Positions 13,196 through 22,952 of a DNA stretch of 64,000 bases are shown piece by piece. This stretch comes from an uncultured Bacilli bacterium. Its GTDB lineage: Bacteria > Bacillota_I > Bacilli_A > RF39 > UBA660. The notes under the pieces were generated by a model, which ran no database searches, was not told the DNA's origin, and was given only the letters and a program-made list of their open reading frames with translations. The stretch's first letter is position 1. Each line of letters begins with the position of its first letter. The stretch spans positions 4,326 to 68,325 of the forward strand of contig CAKOLN010000007.1 in the NCBI GenBank assembly GCA_934096075.1, in the 5' to 3' direction. The translations under genes and the position numbers were made by a program.

Positions 13196-13462
13196 ATTAT
13201 ATTTTCAAATCCTTTCATATCTATTATAACCAAAATTATATGAAATAGAAAGAAAAAAGATTTAGTTATTTTATATTTATTAATATTGTTACACCAAAAC
13301 CACTCAATTACGCATTTTTCAATTTTTTTTATTTTGCGTAATAGGAATTAAATTATTAATCCGAAATCTTAGTTATTTAACTCGTATTTTATCCTTCACA
13401 AAATATTAATTGCATCACACATATTAGAATTGCACCATTTTATTATAAAATGATGCAATTAA

Positions 13463-14761
13463 TTAAATTATATTATCAATATATTCTATAAAATAAAGTG
13501 GAATATTTATAATCTTACCATCCTTACTTAAATTATTTAAAGAAAATCTAATTGAAATATCATTATCATTTAAAGAATTATACTTAGTTAAACTATTATG
13601 ATTAGTACTTTTATTAGATTTTACCTCTATTGGAATAATTTTATTTCTTTTTTGAATAACAAAATCAATCTCATTATTATCAAATACATAATAATTAGGT
13701 GAACTCTCATATAAATAAGTAAGTACATTAGCAACATAATTTTCTGTAAAAGAACCTTTAAACTCTTCTAAAAGCTTATTACCTTCTAAGATAATATTAC
13801 TATCTAAATCTGACATTTTTCTAAGAAGCCCTATATCATCCATATATATTTTAAATGCAGATAAATCGTTATATGCTTTTAACGGAAAAGCACACTTATT
13901 AACTAAATAACACTTATTAATCAAATCAGCATCATTTAACCAATTCAAAGCACCCTCATATTCTCTTGCTCGCGCACCTTCTTTTACAACTTGATATACA
14001 AACTTTTTGTTTTCTCTTGCTAGTTGAGAAGGTATATTATTCCAAATTAAAGATATTTTATTAGCAGTATTAACATCAGTATGTTTAGAAAAATCATTTT
14101 CATAAGCAATCAAAATATTTTTTTGAATCTTATTAACTTTTTCTATATCTTTATCATTTATCCAACTATAAACAACTTCTGGCATTCCACCAATAATATA
14201 ATATATCTTTAACTTTTCAATTAACTTATCTTCAAATACTTTAGGTATCTCTTTTATTTCCACAGTCTTTTTCATGACATCAACCAAATTTTCAGAATTA
14301 TCTGCGATTAAAAACTCACTAAAAGTCATTGGATATAAATTTAAAAAATCTACTTTTCCAACCGGAAATGATACTTTAGATAATCTTATACCTAATAAAG
14401 ACCCAGCACATATAACATGATACTCATTTGCTTCTTCACAAAAATATTTAAGTGAATTTAATGCATTCGGACACTCTTGTATTTCATCAAAAAATATTAA
14501 GGTTGTCCCAGGGTTTATCTTTTTTCCATTAACTAAAGATAATTGTTCTATAATTCTATGTGGATCTTTAGTATTTAAAAAAAGTTGTGATAATCCTTCA
14601 TCATGGTCAAAATTAAAGTAAGCAATGTTATCATAATACCCTTCACCAAATTCTTTAACTATATAGGTTTTACCAGTTTGTCTAGCGCCTCTTAAAATCA
14701 ATGGTTTTCTATCTTTACTATTTTTCCATTCAATCAACTTATCAGTTATAAATCTTCTCAT
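13463..14761 (-). CDS. AAA-type ATPase with C-terminal DUF4143 / PD-(D/E)xK-like domain
   Basis: Walker A GARQTGKT, Walker B LIFFDEIQ, C-terminal EIDFVIQKRNKIIPIEVKS. ATG 14761 (MRRFITDK) is preferred because an extended -10 (TGATATAAT) and RBS GGGTGA lie inside the longer track ORF. Confidence 0.85.
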   Translation of the reverse strand: MRRFITDKLIEWKNSKDRKPLILRGARQTGKTYIVKEFGEGYYDNIAYFNFDHDEGLSQLFLNTKDPHRIIEQLSLVNGKKINPGTTLIFFDEIQECPNALNSLKYFCEEANEYHVICAGSLLGIRLSKVSFPVGKVDFLNLYPMTFSEFLIADNSENLVDVMKKTVEIKEIPKVFEDKLIEKLKIYYIIGGMPEVVYSWINDKDIEKVNKIQKNILIAYENDFSKHTDVNTANKISLIWNNIPSQLARENKKFVYQVVKEGARAREYEGALNWLNDADLINKCYLVNKCAFPLKAYNDLSAFKIYMDDIGLLRKMSDLDSNIILEGNKLLEEFKGSFTENYVANVLTYLYESSPNYYVFDNNEIDFVIQKRNKIIPIEVKSNKSTNHNSLTKYNSLNDNDISIRFSLNNLSKDGKIINIPLYFIEYIDNII

Positions 14762-14785
14762 AGTTTCATCACCCAAAAATATTAT

Positions 14786-14861
14786 ATCACACTTTTTAAC
14801 ACATTTCACCATATATTACCACACTTTTTTTATATATTTTGCTAACTACCATCACACTTTT
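14786..14861 (-). promoter_or_regulatory. three evenly spaced direct repeats AAAAGTGTG(A/G)T (minus strand) overlapping the ATPase promoter
   Basis: Plus-strand copies A(T/C)CACACTTTT start at 14786, 14818 and 14851 (spacing 32 and 33 bp). The proximal copy overlaps the extended -10 TGATATAAT (14781..14789). Confidence 0.5.
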
Positions 14862-14866
14862 CAGAA

Positions 14867-15157
14867 TTATTTCTTAACATTAAACATATTTCTCAAAAAC
14901 TTATACTTATTAACAAACAAAACAAAACCAACTATAAAAGAAAATACAAAATAAATGTGTACAACTCCATAGTTAATAACTTTAATCAATATAAAATATA
15001 TTAAACCCAAATTAACACAAAAAAGTATGTTAATAACAAGTTTATAAAGTATAGTAGTATCATGTATAAAATTATAATTAAGATTATATAAATAACTAGA
15101 AATTATTCCATAACCAAAAGAAAAAAGTATAGAAAGAATTTGTAATTTTAAATCCAT
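14867..15157 (-). CDS. yabQ: spore cortex biosynthesis protein YabQ-like membrane protein
   Basis: 96-aa polytopic membrane protein directly downstream of yabP with a TAATG stop/start overlap, the conserved yabP-yabQ arrangement. Confidence 0.6.
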   Translation of the reverse strand: MDLKLQILSILFSFGYGIISSYLYNLNYNFIHDTTILYKLVINILFCVNLGLIYFILIKVINYGVVHIYFVFSFIVGFVLFVNKYKFLRNMFNVKK

Positions 15158-15450
15158 TATTTAAACAATTTAGAAATCATACTTTCTTTATTAGATTTCT
15201 TTCCTCCAGCTTCTAAATAAGTAAAACTATTTATTAATCCTTTAATAGAAAGTGTTCCCTGAAAAGTATCCAACTTAATAAGTTCAAGTCCTTCTCCTTT
15301 AATTAAAATATATCCCATAACACTTTCTAAAAAAAACTCTTTACTATCAAAATTTTCTAACTTTTTAACTCCAGTTATAACTGCACTTTTTCTTTCATTT
15401 ATTTGAATTGAATGATTAAAATTACTTTCTAATTCTCTACGTGTATCCAT
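15157..15450 (-). CDS. yabP: sporulation protein YabP
   Basis: ITGVKKLENFDSKEFFLESVMGYILIKGEGLELIKLDTFQGTLSIKG...SKLFK matches the YabP pattern, including the C-terminal SKLFK. Confidence 0.8.
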   Translation of the reverse strand: MDTRRELESNFNHSIQINERKSAVITGVKKLENFDSKEFFLESVMGYILIKGEGLELIKLDTFQGTLSIKGLINSFTYLEAGGKKSNKESMISKLFK

Positions 15451-15501
15451 AATATCACCTAGAAAATTATATGTACAAAAAAAGATTCTATTACTAGAAC
15501 C

Positions 15502-15780
15502 TTATTCTTCTTTAGTTGGTGTATCTTCAGCTTTTTCATAAGCATCAAGAATTTCTCTTTCAAACATACTACGAACTTCTTGACTAATTGGATGTGCTAT
15601 ATCTTTAAATCCACCAGTACTAGTTTTTCTACTAGGCATTGCTATGAATAAACCTTTAGTCCCTTCTATAATTCTAATGTCATGTACTGCAAACTCATCA
15701 TCTAATAATACAGATGCAATACCTTTCATACGTGAGTCTTCTCTATCTACCTTACGTATACTAATGTTAGTTATCTTCAT
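15502..15780 (-). CDS. spoVG: septation protein SpoVG
   Basis: MKITNISIRKVD...KGIASVLLDDEFAVHDIRIIEGTKGLFIAMPSRK....FKDIAHPI is the canonical SpoVG sequence. Confidence 0.95.
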   Translation of the reverse strand: MKITNISIRKVDREDSRMKGIASVLLDDEFAVHDIRIIEGTKGLFIAMPSRKTSTGGFKDIAHPISQEVRSMFEREILDAYEKAEDTPTKEE

Positions 15781-15868
15781 AATATCCTCCTTGTAACTCT
15801 AACATAATTATAAAACGAGATTATTATGAAATCAAGTATTAAAGAAAATGTTTACAAATAAATGTAAA

Positions 15869-16609
15869 CTAAATAATATCACTATTCTTTTTAGAATAAA
15901 TATTTAATATAACAAAGTAAATTGTGAATAATATAGAAACATATAAAATAGATATACTTACTTCAAATAAAAATGATGAATATCTTATAGGATATAAATA
16001 ATACTTAGGAAGTAATTTAAACTGACTTAAATTGTTAATTAAATCACTATTAATTGGTAATAACACTAAACTAACTATATTACATAAATATAAACCTAAA
16101 GCAATCTTACTATTAAATAATAATCTTAAAGCAAAATAAATTAACATAAGAACATTTATAACAAACACATTTCTAATAACGTAAAAGATTAGATAAACCA
16201 AATAATTAATACCCTCATAATATTCTCCAAGTATAAAAACTAATTTACCATCTATAACTAATAAAACAAAAGGAATAACATAACAAATAAGCATAATCAA
16301 AGTATTAATGAATATTATTATCTTTAAAAAATATCTATAAGCACTAACTCTATCACTAAATCTAACCAAATAATTAACATTATTCTTAACTTCATTAAAT
16401 ATCTTATTAGATATAATAAGACACATCACTATCATTAAAAATGAAAATACAACATTAGATGAATTCATTAAATAGTTTCTAAGTAAATTAGTATTATCAG
16501 ATTTAGGAATATATAGAAAAAATATAGATAAAGTTAATGATAAAAATAAAGTTAATACAAATAATCTCGTTATGATAAAATATTTAATATCATTAATAAA
16601 CCTTTTCAT
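15869..16609 (-). CDS. polytopic membrane protein, probable permease of the adjacent ABC ATPase
   Basis: 246 aa with about 6 hydrophobic segments. Its start overlaps the stop of the ABC ATPase gene by 1 nt. Confidence 0.5.
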   Translation of the reverse strand: MKRFINDIKYFIITRLFVLTLFLSLTLSIFFLYIPKSDNTNLLRNYLMNSSNVVFSFLMIVMCLIISNKIFNEVKNNVNYLVRFSDRVSAYRYFLKIIIFINTLIMLICYVIPFVLLVIDGKLVFILGEYYEGINYLVYLIFYVIRNVFVINVLMLIYFALRLLFNSKIALGLYLCNIVSLVLLPINSDLINNLSQFKLLPKYYLYPIRYSSFLFEVSISILYVSILFTIYFVILNIYSKKNSDII

Positions 16610-17244
16610 TATATTTTACTTACCTTTCCATTTTCAAATTTATATAATTCATTTATTTCTAAATCTCTCAAATCCTCTTTATAATGTGAACACAAAATTA
16701 TAATTTTATCTTTCTTTATACTTAGTAAATAATCTTTAATTTTATCAACAGTTTTTTCTTCAATCGCATTAAAAGGTTCATCCAAAATTATTACATCAAC
16801 ATCTTCCATCAAAACACTCGCTATAGCTAATTTTTGTTTCATTCCTAAAGAAAATTGATAATATTTTTTATTATTATTTTCTAAATTAACAAGTTTTAAT
16901 ATATTTATTATTTCTTCATCAGATATTTTATTCTGAATATTCGCTAACAACTTTAGATTATCAAATGCACTTAAATCTGGAAAAAAGGAAGGTTTTTCTA
17001 TTAATGCTCTTAAACTTTTAGGAAACATATTGTTTTTATTATAATTAACTCCATCAAATAATATTTCACCACTAGTAGGATAATAAAGTCCAGTTAATAT
17101 CTTTAAAAACACACTTTTACCACTTCCATTAAGACCAACTATTCCATATATCTTACCTGATTCAAATTCTAAATTCACCTTCTCAAAAATAATATTACTT
17201 TTAAACTTTTTACTTAAATTATTAACTTTAATCTTCATACTCAT
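16609..17244 (-). CDS. ABC transporter ATP-binding protein
   Basis: Walker A GLNGSGKS, signature FSLGMKQKLAIA, Walker B VIILDEP. Confidence 0.9.
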   Translation of the reverse strand: MSMKIKVNNLSKKFKSNIIFEKVNLEFESGKIYGIVGLNGSGKSVFLKILTGLYYPTSGEILFDGVNYNKNNMFPKSLRALIEKPSFFPDLSAFDNLKLLANIQNKISDEEIINILKLVNLENNNKKYYQFSLGMKQKLAIASVLMEDVDVIILDEPFNAIEEKTVDKIKDYLLSIKKDKIIILCSHYKEDLRDLEINELYKFENGKVSKI

Positions 17245-18118
17245 TATCTCCTTTTTCTAACATACTAATTATTCTCTCTTTATTTTTAAACAAAACATAT
17301 ACAATCAAACTACTTATAATAAATAATAAAATTCCACCAATTAAATAAGTATTAATATTTTCTTTAACAATAAGATCAACTATATTAAAAGATTTAATTT
17401 TTTTAAATTTATCAAAAATAACTCTAGGTTGTTCACATATACAAACAACTAAAAAGTAACTTAAAATGGTTTTAGCTAGTCCGATAACAAAGTTTTTATT
17501 TCCAACAGAACAGATAAAAGTAAGATTCATATAAAAAGTGCTTAGCATTAACAAATATATCAAGTTAAATAAAGTAGTTTTATCAAGTAATAAGCTTAAA
17601 TCACCAGCATATAAACAAGAATATAACATGAAAACTAATACGAATGTAACAAGAAGTATACTATACTTAACCCCACCTACATAAACATTTTTAATATATT
17701 TATTATAACTCTCCCTACATAAATAATTTTTTATAGTTAAATTAGTTAAATATTTAGAATAATATAAACTTAAAAAGAAAAACAAAATAAGAGTCACACC
17801 AACTTGAAACATTCCCATTATTTCATCTGTCATAATATAATCAAAAGTATCATAACTATTTAACCCAAACTTTTCATACCTTTTAACTATTAACTTACAT
17901 TCTTTATTTATTTTTCCTAAACACTCTTTATAATTATTATATTCCTTTAATTCTTTATCACACCATTCTAATGTTGCATTTTCATCACAAACTTTTAACA
18001 TGTTATTTCTATTATCTTTAAAATTAGATATATAATTTTTTTGAAATCTATAAATACCAAAAAATACAGCAAAAATAAATATTAATACAAAAACACAATA
18101 AACATACCTATTCTTCAT
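17228..18118 (-). CDS. membrane protein with Cys-rich extracytoplasmic loop, first gene of the ABC module
   Basis: 296 aa. An N-terminal TM is followed by KVCDENATLEWCDKELKEYNNYKECLGKINKECK (5 Cys) and then about 5 TM segments. It overlaps the ATPase gene by 17 nt. Confidence 0.5.
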   Translation of the reverse strand: MKNRYVYCVFVLIFIFAVFFGIYRFQKNYISNFKDNRNNMLKVCDENATLEWCDKELKEYNNYKECLGKINKECKLIVKRYEKFGLNSYDTFDYIMTDEIMGMFQVGVTLILFFFLSLYYSKYLTNLTIKNYLCRESYNKYIKNVYVGGVKYSILLVTFVLVFMLYSCLYAGDLSLLLDKTTLFNLIYLLMLSTFYMNLTFICSVGNKNFVIGLAKTILSYFLVVCICEQPRVIFDKFKKIKSFNIVDLIVKENINTYLIGGILLFIISSLIVYVLFKNKERIISMLEKGDNEYED

Positions 18119-18146
18119 ATAACCTACTTTCTAAATAAATTATAAC

Positions 18147-18168
18147 AAAAAAATAGGCCAATGCCTAT
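18147..18168 (-). terminator. rho-independent terminator after veg
   Basis: Minus strand: ATAGGC-attg-GCCTAT followed by TTTTTTT. Confidence 0.75.
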
Positions 18169-18170
18169 CA

Positions 18171-18398
18171 TTAAACACTCTTTTTTATTAACACATTCTT
18201 AGTTAATAAATCAGCATAAGAAAAACTTTTAATTATACCATTAACACTCACAGTAAACACTGAATCATACATACCTTCAATAACCCCATTATAATATTCA
18301 AATTTATTTCTCCCAATATTAACCTTAAGTCTAACCTGTTTATTTAATAAATTCTTTATTCTTGCTTTTTCTTTATCTAAATTCAAGTTACACCTCAT
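18171..18398 (-). CDS. veg: Veg family protein
   Basis: LNKQVRLKVNIGRNKFEYYNGVIEGMYDSVFTVSVNGIIKSFSYADLLTKNV is the Veg/DUF1021 pattern. The internal ATG 18398 gives the expected size of about 75 aa. The start is uncertain. Confidence 0.75.
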   Translation of the reverse strand: MRCNLNLDKEKARIKNLLNKQVRLKVNIGRNKFEYYNGVIEGMYDSVFTVSVNGIIKSFSYADLLTKNVLIKKSV

Positions 18399-19173
18399 TT
18401 CTAGGGTAACCCATATACATAGTTCCTTTACTCTTAAGTCCACCTATTCCATCTTTACCATACTTAGTCTTTGAAAGTAAATCTATCAAATCTACCTCAG
18501 TATTCTTATCCAAAAGACTTAACTGTGTCGCTATAATCGCGGGATCTAAAGCATGTATATTAATTTTTTTAGGACTAGACGCAAATGTCGCACCACTTCT
18601 AATTAATTCTTCATAATTACTTTGACAAGCACCCGCTATTATAATTAGTTTTTCATTGCTCTTTTCAAATTTTCTTGCTTCTATAACTGCCTTACAAAAA
18701 TTTTCACTATTCTTATACATACTATTAGTATCTTTATCTCTTTTTTTAAAATATGCATCATGCCCAGTAATAATAAGTATATCAGGATTATACATCTTTA
18801 AATATTTAACTATTTCCCCAGGCATATCACTCTCTTTAAGACTTTTACCATAAGCCTTAACATTATTCTTTTTATAAAATTCCATACATCTATCTAGATA
18901 TGATTTATCTCCATCTATATGTAATATTTTACCAGGCAAATAAAAAAACTCACTCCTATCCATATTTCTTATAAAGTCTATCTCTGGACAAAAGTCATCT
19001 TTATTACTTACTTTATTTCTGTCACACAAAACCAAATCACTTATTGGAGCATCAGCACTCAATCTAACATCTACACCTTTAAGTAAACAAGTTTTACCTT
19101 CAACTAAAATAACTTCAAAAACTATATCATTATTATAACTTTTTCTAGTAACAAAATCTCCTTCTTTTATCAT
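18388..19173 (-). CDS. yabG: sporulation peptidase YabG
   Basis: It occupies the conserved ksgA-yabG-veg position. Motifs KILHIDGD and ILIITGHDAY are typical of YabG. Confidence 0.85.
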   Translation of the reverse strand: MIKEGDFVTRKSYNNDIVFEVILVEGKTCLLKGVDVRLSADAPISDLVLCDRNKVSNKDDFCPEIDFIRNMDRSEFFYLPGKILHIDGDKSYLDRCMEFYKKNNVKAYGKSLKESDMPGEIVKYLKMYNPDILIITGHDAYFKKRDKDTNSMYKNSENFCKAVIEARKFEKSNEKLIIIAGACQSNYEELIRSGATFASSPKKINIHALDPAIIATQLSLLDKNTEVDLIDLLSKTKYGKDGIGGLKSKGTMYMGYPRNEV

Positions 19174-19234
19174 ATTACCCCCTAGAAAATAATATTACAT
19201 CAAAAAAAGAATATGCATAAATTATACATATTCA

Positions 19235-20017
19235 TTATATTATTTCATTAAACACACTTACAAAGTCTTCTAAACTCATTTGTTCAGCACGATAAGTTAA
19301 ATCTTTATTTACTTTCTTTAAAGCGTTTTCTAATTTAACAAGATCATATTCTCTTAAATTATTCCTTAAATTCTTTCTTTTTTGTTTAAAAGAATCTCTA
19401 ACAAATTTAAAAAACATCTCTTCATCTTTAACATATAATAATTCTTTCTTTCTAGTAAACTTAACTACAATACTATCCACCTTAGGCCTAGGTATAAAAG
19501 AATTTTTACTAACTAAAGCCACTTTTTCTATATCAAAGTAATATTGTAAAAAAACACTCAAACTATTATAATCCTTAGTACCCGGCTTAGCCTTAAATCT
19601 ATCTCCCACCTCTTTTTGAACCATAATAATCATTTCATCTATGCATACTTCACTAATTACTTTATTAATTATAGGTGTAGTTATATAATAAGGAAGATTT
19701 GCTATTAAATGGATATTACTATATTTATAGTTTTTTAATACATCATCTAAATTAACATTAAGAAAGTCTCCATAAATAACTTTAAGGTTATCACTTTTTA
19801 TTTTATCAAGTTCACTTTTAAGCCTAGTATCTATTTCAAAAGCAATAACTGGTACATCTTTCTCAACTAATAACTTAGTAATCGCACCATTACCAGGTCC
19901 CACTTCAAGTATTAAAGATTCTGAATCAATTGATGCAGAATCTACTATTTTTCTCTTAATATTATTATCTATCAAAAAATTTTGTCCTAAACTTTTCTTA
20001 AACTCAAACTTTTCCAT
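19235..20017 (-). CDS. rsmA: 16S rRNA (adenine1518/1519-N6)-dimethyltransferase
   Basis: LGQNFLIDNNI...ILEVGPGNGAITKLL and NLPYYITTPI motifs. Confidence 0.95.
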   Translation of the reverse strand: MEKFEFKKSLGQNFLIDNNIKRKIVDSASIDSESLILEVGPGNGAITKLLVEKDVPVIAFEIDTRLKSELDKIKSDNLKVIYGDFLNVNLDDVLKNYKYSNIHLIANLPYYITTPIINKVISEVCIDEMIIMVQKEVGDRFKAKPGTKDYNSLSVFLQYYFDIEKVALVSKNSFIPRPKVDSIVVKFTRKKELLYVKDEEMFFKFVRDSFKQKRKNLRNNLREYDLVKLENALKKVNKDLTYRAEQMSLEDFVSVFNEII

Positions 20018-20634
20018 TAATTAAACCTATTTCCATATTCTACAATATAGTTTTCACCATAATAATAACTATTCCATGATCTAAAACTGTAATATTTATT
20101 ATTTCTAACACCATTTAAAGCATCATTAACTACTTCTTGAACTAAAGTTGTATTACTCTTTAAAGTATTATCAGCATTTAAATAATTTCTATAATATCCT
20201 TGTAAATATCCAGAAAATTGCCCAGGTGCAGTAATAACTTCAACTGGAGTCTTACCGCTTCTATCACATCTATTTAAAATAACACTCATAACTGCCATAA
20301 TATCATCTAATTTCTTATTACTTTCACTAGATACAACAGCCACAAGTAAATTAAAATCTTCAGTACTTAAACTATACTTAGTATTATTATTACTTACAAC
20401 AAATCCTTTCTCAGGTATACTTAAATACTTAGTCAAAACAGGATTTTCTTCATAATAAATATCTTCTTTATTTTCAGCAATAACTTTATGATCTAAGGCT
20501 TTATTCTCATTTTCATCTTTAGAATTTACCACATTATAAACAACATTAGTAGTCCTTCCTAAAGTAAAAATAATCATAAATACAATAAATAATCTTGTAT
20601 ATGTAAACCATTTTTTAGGCTTATATTTTTTCAT
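20017..20634 (-). CDS. cell wall hydrolase, SleB/CwlJ (Hydrolase_2) family, membrane-anchored
   Basis: LLVAVVSSES......MAVMSVILNRCDRSGKTPVEVITAPGQFSGY. An N-terminal TM is present. Confidence 0.8.
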   Translation of the reverse strand: MKKYKPKKWFTYTRLFIVFMIIFTLGRTTNVVYNVVNSKDENENKALDHKVIAENKEDIYYEENPVLTKYLSIPEKGFVVSNNNTKYSLSTEDFNLLVAVVSSESNKKLDDIMAVMSVILNRCDRSGKTPVEVITAPGQFSGYLQGYYRNYLNADNTLKSNTTLVQEVVNDALNGVRNNKYYSFRSWNSYYYGENYIVEYGNRFN

Positions 20635-20704
20635 CTATAATCATCCTTTGCAAAAGTATTATATCAAATATATATATAATTGTCAAAATTTAGAGTTAAT
20701 TTTA

Positions 20705-20731
20705 TTAGCACTCTCCATTGACGAGTGCTAA
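20705..20731. promoter_or_regulatory. CIRCE element (HrcA operator), perfect inverted repeat
   Basis: TTAGCACTC-tccattgac-GAGTGCTAA matches the consensus TTAGCACTC-N9-GAGTGCTAA exactly. It lies 43 nt upstream of the clpB ATG. Confidence 0.9.
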
Positions 20732-20746
20732 CTTTTATGATATAAT
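20718..20746 (+). promoter_or_regulatory. sigma-A type promoter of clpB embedded in CIRCE
   Basis: TTGACG (20718..20723) - 17 nt - TATAAT (20741..20746), then RBS AAAGGAGG before ATG 20774. Confidence 0.7.
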
Positions 20747-20773
20747 ACACTATGTAAAAAGGAGGTAATTAAA

Positions 20774-22876
20774 ATGTTTAATATGAATAATGAAGAAAAC
20801 GAAAATGTTTTAGAAAAATATGGTCGTAATATAAATGAAGATGTTAAGAATCGTAAAATTGATCCTATTATTGGTCGTGATGAAGAAATTCGTAACATCA
20901 CTAGAATACTTTCTAGAAAAACAAAAAACAACCCTGTTCTTATAGGAGAACCAGGTGTAGGTAAAACAGCTATTGTAGAAGGACTTGCCGAAAGAATAGT
21001 AAAAGGAGATGTTCCAGAAAGTTTAAGAAATAAAACAATTTGGGAACTTAACATGGCTAGTTTAATCGCAGGTGCTAAATACCGTGGAGAATTTGAAGAA
21101 AGACTAAAAAAAGTACTTGATGAAATAAAGAAAAGTGAAGGAAATCTAATAATGTTTATTGATGAAATCCATTTAATTGTAGGTACAGGCGCTGTGGATG
21201 GTGCTATGGACACAGGTAATATTCTAAAACCTATGCTAGCGCGTGGAGAAATACATGTAATAGGTGCTACTACTTTAAATGAATACAGAATGTATATTGA
21301 AAAAGATGGAGCTCTTGAAAGAAGATTTCAAAAAGTAATAGTTGCTGAACCAACTGTTGAAGACACAATAACAATACTACGTGGTTTAAAAGAAAGATTT
21401 GAAATATATCATGGAGTTACAATTCAAGATAAAGCATTAATAAGCGCAGCAACTCTATCTAATAGATATATTACTGATAGATTTTTACCAGATAAAGCTA
21501 TTGACTTAGTCGATGAAGCATGTGCTACCATAAGAGTTCAAATGGATAGTGTTCCTACTTCACTTGATGAAATAACAAGAAAAATACTTACATTACAAGT
21601 AGAAAAAGAAGCACTAAAAAAAGAAAAAGATGAACTTTCTATAAAAAGACTTGAATCATTAGATAAAGAATTATATGATTTAAAATCTAAGGAACAAGAA
21701 CTAAGTTCTAAATGGAAAGAAGAAAAAAATACAAATGAAGAAATAAAGAAAGTTAAATCTGACATATCCAAATATACTTATGAATTTGAAAATGCTAAAA
21801 ACACTTATAACCTAGAACAAGCAGCAAGAATAAAAAATGAAATACTACCAAAACTAAAAGATAAATTAGATGAATTATCTAAAAATAGTAAAAATGGAAT
21901 ATTATCAGATACTGTAACAAGTGATGATATTGCAAATGTTATAAGTAAATGGACAAACATACCAATTTCAAAAGTAATAAGTAGTGAAAAAGATAAAATA
22001 TTAAATTTATACGACAACTTAAAGAAAAGAGTTAAAGGTCAAGACAAAGCATTAAAACTTGTAAGTGACGCTATTATAAGGTCAAGAAGTGGTATAAAAG
22101 ATCCAAATAAGCCCATTGGTACATTCATGTTTCTAGGACCTACTGGTGTTGGTAAAACAGAAGTTGCAAGAAGTTTAGCATATGAACTATTTGATGATGA
22201 AAAACACATGATAAGAATTGATATGAGTGAATACATGGAAAAATATTCAGTTTCTAGATTAATTGGAGCCGCACCAGGATATGTTGGTTATGAAGAAGGT
22301 GGACAACTTACTGAAAAAGTAAGAAGAAATCCATATTCAATAGTACTTTTTGATGAAATTGAAAAAGCTCATCCAGATGTACTTAACCTATTATTACAAA
22401 TACTAGATGAAGGAAGACTTACCGATTCAAATGGTAGAACAGTTAACTTCAAAAACACTATAATAATTATGACATCTAATGTAGGTAGTGAATATGTACT
22501 AAGTAATGAAGAAGACAAAATAACAAGTGAACTAAACAAATACTTTAGACCAGAATTTTTAAATAGACTAGATGAAATAATAGTATTCAATAAACTAAAT
22601 AAAGAAGACTTAGGCGAAATTCTAGATAACATATTATATGAAATAGAACATAGACTAATAGATATTAATGTAAAAATAAATTTAACTAAAGAAGCAAAAG
22701 AATACTTTATAAATACTGGCTATGATGAATTTTATGGAGCAAGACCACTAAAAAGATTAGTAAGCAGTAAATTAGAAACTTTACTTGCTAAAAAATTAAT
22801 AAATAATGAAATAAAATCTAATTCAATAGTTACCATAGATTATAAAGACAATGAATTAAAATTAACCACTAACTAA
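20774..22876 (+). CDS. clpB: ATP-dependent chaperone ClpB, short form lacking the N-terminal domain
   Basis: Two AAA modules (GEPGVGKT; GPTGVGKT) and a long coiled-coil middle domain (about 120 aa, [24 protein letters not shown]...). The protein starts at ...[27 protein letters not shown], the NBD1 entry region. Confidence 0.92.
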   Translation: MFNMNNEENENVLEKYGRNINEDVKNRKIDPIIGRDEEIRNITRILSRKTKNNPVLIGEPGVGKTAIVEGLAERIVKGDVPESLRNKTIWELNMASLIAGAKYRGEFEERLKKVLDEIKKSEGNLIMFIDEIHLIVGTGAVDGAMDTGNILKPMLARGEIHVIGATTLNEYRMYIEKDGALERRFQKVIVAEPTVEDTITILRGLKERFEIYHGVTIQDKALISAATLSNRYITDRFLPDKAIDLVDEACATIRVQMDSVPTSLDEITRKILTLQVEKEALKKEKDELSIKRLESLDKELYDLKSKEQELSSKWKEEKNTNEEIKKVKSDISKYTYEFENAKNTYNLEQAARIKNEILPKLKDKLDELSKNSKNGILSDTVTSDDIANVISKWTNIPISKVISSEKDKILNLYDNLKKRVKGQDKALKLVSDAIIRSRSGIKDPNKPIGTFMFLGPTGVGKTEVARSLAYELFDDEKHMIRIDMSEYMEKYSVSRLIGAAPGYVGYEEGGQLTEKVRRNPYSIVLFDEIEKAHPDVLNLLLQILDEGRLTDSNGRTVNFKNTIIIMTSNVGSEYVLSNEEDKITSELNKYFRPEFLNRLDEIIVFNKLNKEDLGEILDNILYEIEHRLIDINVKINLTKEAKEYFINTGYDEFYGARPLKRLVSSKLETLLAKKLINNEIKSNSIVTIDYKDNELKLTTN

Positions 22877-22892
22877 CAATTAGTGGTTTTTC
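22864..22892 (+). terminator. rho-independent terminator of clpB
   Basis: AACCACTAA-ctaacaa-TTAGTGGTT followed by TTTC. The hairpin overlaps the stop codon. Confidence 0.7.
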
Positions 22893-22952
22893 TTTAGATA
22901 GAACATTGAAATTCATTTTTCCATCTTGTATAATCTATTTAGAAGGTGAAAT

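Noticed and set aside
20728-22632. Five minus-strand ORFs antisense to clpB (20728..21213, 21538..21771, 21805..22017, 22039..22236, 22369..22632)
   Set aside because: Their Ser/Leu/Phe/Ile-rich low-complexity translations are typical shadow frames of an AT-rich, Lys/Glu-rich coding strand. They have no RBS, and the plus-strand ClpB frame carries all conserved AAA+ motifs.
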